A stretch of DNA of 64,000 bases from assembly GCA_963693365.1 (NCBI GenBank), contig CAVNZM010000017.1, forward strand, positions 5,570,708 through 5,634,707, read 5' to 3'. A program made the translations under genes and the position numbers. This stretch comes from Amoebidium appalachense (taxonomy: Eukaryota > Protista > Ichthyosporea). Shown in pieces: positions 51,372-64,000 of this stretch; within the stretch, counting starts at the first letter, position 1; each line of letters begins with the position of its first letter. The notes under the pieces were generated by a model that had not been told where the DNA came from, made no database searches, and saw nothing but the letters and a program-made list of their open reading frames with translations.

Positions 51372-53120
51372 ACACACATACACACACACTACCACCACCA
51401 CCACCCACCCATCTCTCTGATGTTTGCTTGTGCCCCCACAGTCGCTGCTCGAACACGCCCAAAATGGCTGTCTGTCGGACCCCCCCGGCCTGCCCCTCTA
51501 CTACGAGACCACTGCCGACGCAGATGGGCTCATGCGCTACCGCTGCATCCGGGGCACCAACGAGGTGGAGGGGGCAGTGCACAACCCCCTGGCCACCCAC
51601 TTTGGGGCCACACGCATGTCGCTGCGCCTGCTGGACGCCACCATGTCCAATAGGCGCCACCGCCACAACCTGCGTGCACACTACCGCAACCGCCTGGGCC
51701 AGGCATCGGGGCCCCCCCACTACAGCCCCTGGATTGTTGACGACATGGAGGCACTGGCGCTGATGCTGTACGGCCATCACCTCGACCCCCAGTGGGTACC
51801 CGTAGGCTGCTACAAGCTACCGGAGGAGTACTTCAACTTTGCCCCGCTCTCCTGTGTGGCCAATGCCCCGGCGCAGGAGCCAGTTGCGGTGCCCGCACCC
51901 CCACCTCCGTCTGATAACATCGAGCCTGCAGCCAATGGCGTGATGGGCGGGCCAGAGGACTGTGAGGTCGAGGAGGGTGACGGTGCTGCCATGGGGGGGG
52001 GCAACCAGGTGGCGCGTGGTGCACCACAGCCGGACCCTGCACTGAGGGGCGACTACAAGTTCCTGGCGCAGAAGCAACATGTGGCCATCCCCTTCCTTCC
52101 GGTGCTTACCCCTCAGGAGCGCAAGCTATTCAGCACGCTGCTCCTGGGCACCTACAAGGCACATGCAAAGCCCAACGGCCAGCTGTTCGAGGCTTTGGCC
52201 CAAGACTTCAACAAGGCTGCCTCTGTGGCTGGGGGAATCTACATGAAGGATGCGGCCTACATCAAGAAGCATTTCGACAAGTGGAAGACCTGGCAGACGG
52301 CACATGCACAGCGCTCCACACACGAGGGCCTGGCAGATCACCGCAAGCGTATGCGCGAGGAGAGGGCAGACGCTGTGCCAGCAACCATACGGCCTGCCCC
52401 CTTGCCACCCCTCCCTGTTCCAGACGGTGTCGATGCAGGGGCGCAGCGTGAGCGGCCCTTGCCCATGCTAGTGGGCAAAAAGCATCGCAACATTGGCCCT
52501 GAGGGGCCCCTGCAGATGGATTTGCCGGTGCCCCCTCCTATGCAGCCACCCCAGAGAGCCCCCAAGACCTGCAAGACGTGTGGCCGCCAGGGCAAGGGCT
52601 GCCCCGGCTCCAATCGGGCCAAGAGCTGCCCACGTTGGGTTGCAGCCAATCAGGATGCCATGCCACCAGCACCCGCGCTTGACATGCAGCAGGGCCATGT
52701 GCCGCACATGCCCCCTGCACCCCATCCAGGCCCGCACCACCCACATGGCTGGCCCCCACCGTGGGGCATCATGCCGCCTCAGCCCGGCCCTGCCTTCCCC
52801 ATGCCTGGGCTACTGCCGCAGCACGGTCCCCATCCTTACTTGGGCCATGTGGGCCAGCCCTCGGCTGGTGGGCAGTTCCCACCCCCTTCTCGTGCATCTG
52901 CTGTGCTGGGCCTGGCGTTGCCACCTGCTGGAGAGACGCAGCTGCAATGGCACGATCGAAAGCAAAGTAATCGTGGCCGCAAGTCTGCAGGCAGCCAATC
53001 AGGATCTCAGAGTAGTCAGAGTAGCCAAACTAGTGTCTAATATTGGAATGTACACCAATGTAACGGATCTCATATGTGTTGTAGTGCTTCAAGTTATACC
53101 TGTTCTTCGTACAGTCATGT

Positions 53121-53170
<50 letters not shown>

Positions 53171-53496
53171 CTAGCTTTCATTCCGAAGTTTACTGTAAAG
53201 AATTAAAATTTAGAATCTGAGTAATAGTACAGAGCCTTTGCACTTTTCTCTGTTTGTTAGGAATTCTTTGTGATCGAGAGTATGGTGTGTTAGACTATTG
53301 GTGTTAATGTGTCCTGGAAGGTGTATAATGTCTGCTGGCCGTAGTCAGTATCTATTTTTAGGTATATAGTATATTTTTAAATGTTGGCCGCTGGCCAATA
53401 AATAGCAAATAATAAACACACGATAAAGTCAACAGCGTGCCAAAAAACTAATCCCCAGCGAGCGCACCCAGTGATGTGTGTGTGTGTGTGTGTGTC

Positions 53497-53566
<70 letters not shown>

Positions 53567-54926
53567 CGCGCGCGCGTGCGTGCGTGTGTGTGTGTGTGTG
53601 TGTGCGTGCGTGCGTGCGTGTGTGCGTGTGTGCGTGTGTGCGTGTGTGCGTGTGTGTGTGTGAGTGTGTGTGTGTGTGTGTGTATGTGTGGTGTGGTGTG
53701 TGCGCGGCTTGTACATATGTACGTGTTCATGTGCACCTGTGTCGGACCTACGAAGTACATGAAAGTAAATTTTGACAGCATCGATCTGCCGGTGTGTATG
53801 TGTATGTGTGCCAGTGCAGCAGGTGTGCCTTGTAACTGATAGCTTCGCATTTTACGTGTGTGTATATATAGTAGTACGCATAGACACTTGCTGATCATTC
53901 GGATCGACATTAATATTTAATCTGTCGGTCCTCGGTTTTTTGAGTGAATGATGATCAAGTGTAAGAGCATTCACTTGGCAAGTATTAATGTTGCAGAGGC
54001 TAGCTGCAGCTGCAAGCGTCGGATGCACACTGACAATTGTCTTTTCAGCGAGTCTAACCTGCAGGCAGCAGCTGCACACATATAGGGTTGTTATCTTGCG
54101 GCACATGCACGGTGATCATTTCAGAGTAATAGAGTTCAGAGCAATGAAAATAATGAAAATAACTAAACTTTGTGACTACTTTAAAGTTGCTGAGATCATA
54201 CGTGGTGCAAGCTGCACTATGAACACATGTATAGTGCTAGTAATTAATACATTTTTGTTGCCTTCTGCAGGGTTATCGTAGCTACGTCACGGCCTGCACT
54301 CAGGGGGGGGGGGGGGGGGGGGGGGAGAGGGGGATGATTCGAAGGGGGTATAAATAAGAACATGCACCTAAAGGTCTTTCCCGTGGATCCTCCCCCCTCC
54401 CCCCCCCCACCTCTCCCTCCCCCGGGGCCCCATACTATGATATCTAGGCCCAATATTATATGCCCCTTCCCCCCCCCCCCCCCCTCCCTCTCCGGATCCC
54501 CGGACCCCACTTCCCTACCCGGAGGCTCAAGAGCTCCCCCCTTCCCCTTCCCCCCCTCCCCCCCCCCCCCCCCCCCAAGGCTTACGGGGGCCCTTCTTCA
54601 TCGAGGGGGAGGGGGTGGGGGTGGGGGGGGGTGGGGGGAGGGGGTGGGGGGGAGGGGGGAAGGTGGAAGGCGGGGGTGGATGCATGTCAGCCTAGGTGAA
54701 TTCAATTGTTTAACTCCAGTGTGCAGGACTGGTCTGAAGGCTTAAGAAAACAACGAGGAAATGGGGTCCAGTGGAGGTGGTGGTGGTGTTCTGTGTGTGT
54801 GTGTACACGTGCACGTATGTGTGTGGTTTTTTTAAGGGGTGAGTGGTGGTGGTGGTGGTGGTGGTGGTCACCGTGGTGGTGGTGTGTGTGTCTGGTGTGT
54901 GTGTGTGTGTGTGTGTGGGGGGGGGT

Positions 54927-54965
<39 letters not shown>

Positions 54966-55840
54966 TAGAAAGAAAAACTGCTCGTGGGTCACTGTTTTTC
55001 GTCACTGTATTTGTAACGGGCCGCTCATATTTATATAACTACTTTAATTTAAGTACACGTGTTCATTATCATATACGATGGCCAAATATAGAAATTTTGG
55101 CGTCGAAGTTCTTGGAGCTAAAAAAACGTTTAAAAGGGGGAAATAATAGCTTGGCCCCAAATTTACCTTGCCGTTTTTAGCGAATGTATTTTTTATTCAT
55201 GAGTTCTAGTGATTCAGTGAGTGCACGTGCCTGCCTCAGGCTGATCATGACAACTGCAACACACCATTCCTACATGGATATCAACCAAAAGAAAATAGTA
55301 TATACTGTGGTGGTCTCCTAAACCTTGTGCGGCATGCGCATACATGATATTACAGTGACGCATGTGCATATTATTGTTCTGTACACCGGAGTGTGCCGGT
55401 GCACGTGGCTGTTTTGTGCACATGTTACAATAGCAGCACGATCTCCCTAAACTCCATGTTTACACATCCCTCACCCTGGCTCTGCCTTGTCGGTGCTCCA
55501 AAACACACATACAAATCCCCCTAGACTCAGTGCCTGCACATGGTCGCATTCACGTGCAGGTCACGTGACACATGCGATGCCATACTGCCGTCTACAGCAA
55601 CAACCACGGCAGCATGTATACCGGCCCAGCACGAAATATACTTATCGGCAGCCCACTGAACTCGCCCATTTTCTCTTTTTCATGTATGTCCCTCCTTTTT
55701 TGTAAAATCACCCTTTTTGGCCTCCCGGTAGTGGATTTTGCAGGATTTGACTTCTTTGAGGTCCAAAAACCTCAAATTTTCCCCGGCGGGGCCGGGGAGG
55801 GAGAATTCAAAAATTGCCCGCTCCTGATATGGTACCCGGG
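44748..55840 (+). mobile_element. Dada-like DNA transposon (boundaries inferred)
   Basis: No TIRs seen. 20-bp terminal direct repeat CTCCTGATATGGTACCCGGG (44748-44767; 55821-55840) flanked by CCGTGACCG (44739-44747; 55841-55849); encloses a DDE transposase gene. Confidence 0.6.
45100..53040 (+). CDS. DDE transposase (DxxH group, Dada-like) with inserted DEDDy 3'-5' exonuclease
   Basis: Exons 45100-46248 (frameshift in an A-run near 45875-45880), 47217-47405, 48409-49239, 49710-50350, 50817-51023, 51442-53040. Motifs GGAREGAGRKKK, RRVIDFDSCYY..C..C, KADHTF, YTDRCC, exonuclease VGVDCEW/IGTD/YAALDAY, LNDAFH, RGTNEVEG, C-terminal CKTC..CPG..C. Confidence 0.8.
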
Positions 55841-56920
55841 CCGTGACCGGCCGAGCCCGCCAGATGCTGCGCATGCATGCGCAGGGACAGCAGTGACAGC
55901 AGTCAGTTTGCTTTCCAAAAGCGAACTTGAGTGACACCGAAAAACACGAATCCATTAGCCCTACAACTATAATCAGCACCATGCCCCTTGTGTATCCTGC
56001 TGGTCCACCTACAATAGGGCAAATCGAAGTCGGTCTTACAGCAGCCATATTAGGGCACTATACGTTCTGCACTCGGATATCGATCCTGAGAGAGGAGCCC
56101 AAATTTAAAACTTATGGAGGATTTGCAACTCGAATTAACAGTAGTAGCTGTTATTTCCATTGATACGGTGATCATGAAAAAACAACAAACGTTCAACAAC
56201 TACGTTCCGGGTCATGTATGCGTTACGCTATTAGACAACTATGCAAGGCCTGGGGAAGCCCGCTGGTATTCGTACAATGTGACACATGCATTGTGGAGTC
56301 TCTTTGGGACTGATGATAGTGTATGACATAGCGATGCTTGTGACACCTGCTTTCACAGTGCCACTAGAAAGTAACATGTACACGTGACACCACAACGTGA
56401 TAAAGAACTCTTCCACGCGCGCGTGTTGCAATTTCTCAACAGGGCGCATGTGGCTTTCATGAAAACGTGTTCTAGAATTATGCATCAAGGGTACACGTTC
56501 AATGGTCACTTTGGTTGCTAGTTTGGGGGTTGGTGGTTTCACGTGGGAACAAAAGAAAGACAAGTTATGTCTGTCAGTTTCATTCACTGCGCCTGTCGTT
56601 TGCATGCATATGTCATCACGAATGTACGTCTACATAGCTCGAGTATAAATTTACGGGAGGGTGTTTGTTTGGTGTCAAATTCGGAGTGCTGTCACTGAAA
56701 ACTTTGAGAAATCTTGCCTATGCACAAGACTTGTTTCGTCTTTTGTGGGTATATACATTTATGCACACACATTACCTAGAAGAAAGAAGCAGGTAACCAT
56801 TTTCAACAGGGGAAAAAAGAAGGTCTTCGTAAGGTTACGAAGTTGGCTAGAGTTTTGATGGACGGTGTAGTTTCCGACGTGTGAAGCTTAAGATATATAG
56901 TTTAAATTTAGACGTGAACG

Positions 56921-58828
56921 ATGGCTCTCCCACGGGTTTCCAAAGCCAAAATCCCATCATCAAGCTCATCGGCGAATGCACCCCAAGCTGTGAATAAGCA
57001 TCCCCCCAAACAACAGGAGAATGAAAAATTACCGGTTGAGACTATTCCGGGAATATGGACCAAAATCCTGAATGTGGCCCAACTGGGGCGGTTTCGCTTT
57101 CTCGCCTACAGCCCCACGCAGTATGCAATGGGTGCCGCTTATGCAACCGTCCAATCCGAAGCGCCCTTTAAAACCCCCGTTTTCTTCTATGGCCTTCTCA
57201 CCGTCGCACTCGCTCACGTGATGACGCATTATTTTAACGAATATTATGACTACGAATCAGATATGCGCAATAAAAACCCAAGCCCATGGACGGGGGGTTC
57301 CCGGGTTCTCACCGACGGGAAGTTGTCGCGCAGCACCGCCCTAAATATGGGTCGGCTCCTCCTATTTCTGGAAATCATTCTCCTTAGCCTATTGGCTGTA
57401 TGTACAAACGACACTGTGAGCGCTTGCATTTGGTTGGTTGCCGTTTTGGCGGGAATGCAGTACAGCGCACCCCCTTTGATGACGTCACGCAGGGGTCTCG
57501 GTGAGCTTACGGTGATTTTCGTTCTGAACATATGCACACCCATCTATGGTTTCACTCTCCAAGCAAATAACCCCGTCCCTAGTATCACCACCTCTTGTCC
57601 CACCACAACCACCAACATGGTAGACACGTTTTTGCGCACTTTCCTTTTATGGAAGTCGCACAGACAGGTCGACATGTTCTGGAAGATGCTGGTAGCCACT
57701 TTGCCCATTTCCATATTTGGGTATGCCCGGATGATGGTGATGAACATGGCTGACGTCACGGCAGATGCTGAGACGGGCAAGAGGACGCTTGTGGTGCGCA
57801 TAGGAATGACGGTGCGTGGATTTACCTCCCCCCCCCCCCCCCCCCCCCCCCCCGGGCCCCGGCCTCACTCCACCCCAGCACCACCACAACCACCAGATGT
57901 ACTCCTCACCATACATTAGATTTACCTTTGTATACCGTAATTCTGCTCTCTCCCTCCCTACCCCACACACCCATTCCATCTTATCTCCCACACTTCGGGC
58001 CCTTTACCCCCTCTCCCTCCCCCCCCCCCCCCCCCCCCCTCCTCCCCCCCTCCCCCCATATCCGTCCCCCCCCTCCCCCACACACAAAAAAAAAAAAAAA
58101 AAAAATACGTCTCACCCGGGATGCCTCCTTTCCCGTTTTCCATCTTTTTATTACCCCCGACGCCAAGCTCCCTCTCGCGTTATTTCTCTCTCTCCCTCTT
58201 TATCTCGCCATCCCCTCTCCCCCTCTCTTCCTCCCCCCCGCCGCCTCCCCACCCCGCACACAAACATTGTATCCTCCCCCACTCCGCCTTCAAAGCTGCC
58301 CCTTCTGCCAGTGCATGACATGCTATCACCACAAAAGAGTTTGAGTGTGTGGCACCGGAGAGTTTTTCTTTTGGTTGAGAGGGGGGGGGGGGGGGGGGGG
58401 AAGGTTCAAGGATTAGACGAGATCGTGCAATGTTAAAAGCAGTTTTATCTTCAGTTCTTTCGAGGTGTTTAGTTGTTTTGTTTTTGTCTAGGATAGAAGG
58501 CATGCTGAACAAACCCGCAGTGCCCGCCCCCTCCCCCTCCCCCCTCCCCTGCCCCACCCCCCCACCCCCTCCCGCCCAATATCCTCTCTCCCTTTTCCCC
58601 TCTCCCCTTATCAAAATCACCCCTGCACCTCTCTTTCTATCGGGCCAAGCTTTTCAGTGCTCATCGAATGACTGAGGCTTGCTTCTCCCCACCCACCTCC
58701 CACCCCCCCCATTTCCTTCTCTGTCTGTCTCCACACTAGCATGTGTACCCCCCCCCCCCCCCCCCCAAAAAAAAAAAAGAAAGAAAGAAAAGAAAAGAAA
58801 AGAAAAGAAAAGAAAAGAAAAGAAAGAA

Positions 58829-58863
<35 letters not shown>

Positions 58864-59189
58864 GAAAAGAAAAGAAAAGAAAAGAACAAACCACGCAAAC
58901 CGACACTCACCTACTCACCCACCCACACTGTGTAACACACTGCTCCGCTAATGAAGAAATAAAAATACCAATGTGGTTACTGATACCCGTACATACTTGT
59001 ATGCACACACCCAGGCATACATGCATGAAATTTGCCCTCCCCTGTATTTGCATGCTGCATGATGATTTTCACGAGGGCTGCACTCACACATCACACCACA
59101 CACAACGCACAACACAACACAACACAACACAACACAACACAACACAACCCACGCCCGGCACACCACACACACACACGCACGCGCGCGCG

Positions 59190-59251
<62 letters not shown>

Positions 59252-59364
59252 CACACGCAAAGGGAGGGTACATAATGCACCAGGCACGACGCACAACACA
59301 ACACCCACACATACACAACACCTACACACCCACCCACCCACCCACACCCACCGTGACCCACACA

Positions 59365-59400
<36 letters not shown>

Positions 59401-59468
59401 CTCACACACACATCCCCCCCTCCCCCCCTCCCCCCCTCCCCCCACACACACACACATCCCCCCTTCGT

Positions 59469-59542
<74 letters not shown>

Positions 59543-60171
59543 CACCCACACAATATCCACACACACGCAACACCCACACACACACATCTCCCCCCTCCCC
59601 CCCCGCCCTCGCACAACACGTACACACACATCCTGGCCCCCCTCCCTCCCCCCCCCCCCCCCCCCCTCCGCCGCCGCCCACCCACCACACACAGGCAAGC
59701 AAATACCTCTACGTTGCTCTTCAAGTGGTCGGCTACATCACCACCCTCGTTCTATTTTTGGCCCCAAGTCTGAACATCGACCTCTCCACACACACCTTTT
59801 TCTTCCTCCTTCTATCCCTCCCCATGTCTATTTTGGTTTCATATCTCCTCTTCCGCCCATTTTGGGTTTTTGAACTTCCTTTTTGGGCAACTCAACACAA
59901 CGCTGCTGTTATGTTGGCCGGTTATCTCGGCGCAATTCTATCCAACACAAAAACCTATTTTGATGAGGGCGAATTTTCGGAGAACACCTCCCGGGATGGG
60001 TCTAGGGTGTGGTCGGTATGGGGGGTATCGTTGGCTCTGTGGCTTCCATTGGTGCTTGTGGGGGTGACACTTCCTAATATGGTAATAGAGACGTGGGTAC
60101 GCGCTTATGCAACAAGACGTCGTATCCGAAAGCTAAAAATGTTAAAAGCTGCACCGAAAAGACGTGGGTGA
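56921..60171 (+). CDS. UbiA-family prenyltransferase, MenA/UBIAD1-like
   Basis: Exons 56921-57811 and 59695-60171 (GT-AG, phase 0). Motifs [49 protein letters not shown]; multiple hydrophobic segments. Confidence 0.88.
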
Positions 60172-60874
60172 AATTATCAAACCATAATCATCATGTAACA
60201 TACGTATTCTGTGTTGGAATGTGAAATTACTTGAACATTAGTCACGTCGGTTGTTTGTTATCAAAAGTATTGAGAATCATTGTTTGAATGATGCATATGT
60301 AGTACGTAGGGGGCCCCCCGGCCAACTCGGCCTTTTTCCACAACGGGGCCATTTGGTCCGTACCCTGGGAGTGTGAATTGTTCATGGCATTGTAAATGCA
60401 TATCATAAGTTCGAGATTACTATTGAATGTCACGTAATAAGTTTTTTTATTACATTTCTGAGAAATCTGTGAGATCTCGTTTGTTAAGAGAATACTTCAA
60501 TAAAGTCAATTAATAAGAAAATATTTGATTATATGCAACATGCAGAGTAAGGAGCCCAGGCTGTACATATGTATCGACATCTGCGCCTCACATCATACTC
60601 GTGAAGCCTTACAGACACCACATCCATGAAGGATTCGTCTCACACTATCATGTGACGGGTTGAACTTTGGGGGGGCTCAAGTGTGAAATGGTGCCTGTTT
60701 TCTGTTATTTGAGTCTTGTTGGGTGCTTGGTTGTGGGACGGGCACGGAGTTGAACAGGCATTAGAGCTCGGTGGGGAAGAGAGAGGGAGGGAGGGAAGTT
60801 ATGCCCATGTTGTGATTTTTTTCTTATTGGACTTCCAAAACTTGAAGCCATTAGCAACATCATTGGTGAATTTA

Positions 60875-60932
<58 letters not shown>

Positions 60933-61020
60933 ACCCACCTACACAAACATACACAAACACACACGCGCGCACACACACACATGCATACGCACACGCACAG
61001 CAGTCACACACACGCACATG

Positions 61021-61099
<79 letters not shown>

Positions 61100-61324
61100 A
61101 TAAAAAAATAAAGCCTTATGTCACACGGTGACCTGTTCGTAAAGCTTATACTGTAACCCGTGTTCACGTTCAGCATTGTGTATGCACAATGTAACCCCAC
61201 AAGCCCCTCCCCTGCCCCCTGCCCCTCCCCTGCCCCCTCCCCCTCCCCTCCCCCCCCCCCCCCCCCCCCCCCCCACCCACCCACCCACCGCCACCACCAC
61301 TGCCACCACTGTGCACCACCACCA

Positions 61325-61395
<71 letters not shown>

Positions 61396-62299
61396 ACACC
61401 AACATGTGCACACACACACCCATGCACACATACACATCATGAGCCACCGCCACCACCACCACGGCCCACCCCATACCGTATCCCCTCCCCGACCTGCCCA
61501 CCCCAATCTGGCAACTAAGTGTCGTAATACCCCTCACAAACAACCGAACGCTGAAGGATCTCAGTATATGCATTGCCAAATGAGGGTACTTATGTTCTTA
61601 AGAACTGTTTTACCACGTGCATGACATTGTGGTTCTACATATATTTTCTAGTTTTCACCCTTACACCCAGAAGTTTCTATCAACTCAACTGATCTAAGCT
61701 TCTACCTCAGCATTGAATTCCAGTCATGACGAATATCATGGGTTAAATTTACTAACTTGTCATGATTACTTGAATAACAGAGTTTCCTCAAGTATACATT
61801 AAGTCGTCGTCGCCGTGCCTTAGTTATGTTGAAATCTCTGATATAGCAAAAGCCATAATTCCCGATCAGTATATTCAGTAACTTAGTCACTATGAGGTCA
61901 TCAACAAAACACAAACGGTTGATAAGCAACATGCAGAGTACTAAGGAGCCCCTCTGCAACTTCGCCTCAAATCTTGTTTGTAAAGGCACAGACACCCAAT
62001 CGAATATTTGAAGCATTTGCATCAAACTACGGTGACAGGTTAAACGTTTTAAAGCTCAGGTGTGGAATAATACCTTTTCTTTTTATCAAAGCCTTTTAGG
62101 GCTTTCCAAAGGATTGTGGGACGTACTGGATATTTTTGGCACGGATTCCCACAGGCATTATATGCTGTAGCGACAGCTGCACGTGTAATCAATAAGGGAG
62201 AGAACTGAAAAGGGGAACCTAAATTTAACGCAGTCAACCCCCATTGTGATTGCCTTCCACATCTTCAAATCAATACAAAAGCTATCTATAGGGCCCCCC

Positions 62300-63857
<1,558 letters not shown>

Positions 63858-63941
63858 CCCCCCCCCCCCCCTCCCCCTATTTCAATGGGAGGGGTACGCA
63901 CACCGGGGGGGGGGGGGGGTCGGGTCGGAAAGTTCAAACTG

Positions 63942-64000
63942 AGTGGGTGTATCAGCAGTGGGTGTATCAGCAGTGGGTGTATCAGCAGTGGGTGTATCAG
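63942..64000. repeat. 15-bp tandem repeat (AGTGGGTGTATCAGC)n running off the window
   Basis: About four perfect copies at the right edge. Confidence 0.9.

Overview
Intron-rich eukaryotic DNA saturated with (GT)n/(CA)n microsatellites and poly-G/poly-C runs; most ORF-track entries are microsatellite artefacts. Host genes: fibrillarin (-, 6 exons), COA6-like twin-Cys protein (+, 2 exons), cobalamin-dependent methionine synthase (-, 21 exons, about 1268 aa), a MenA/UBIAD1-like prenyltransferase (+, 2 exons, plus a downstream partial duplicate), and tandem small secreted Cys-rich protein genes. Mobile DNA: an LTR element 5' end, two 5'-truncated non-LTR retrotransposon copies carrying a ~190-bp tail beyond their poly(A) inside 7-bp TSDs, and an ~11-kb Dada-like DDE transposon with an embedded DEDDy exonuclease. 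The most unusual signal is a family of intronic repeats that abut poly-C, lie sense to the host gene and are variably 5'-truncated. They contain all hammerhead-ribozyme core motifs with covarying stems, but in a non-canonical split strand order. All calls were made by eye; no searches or folding were run.
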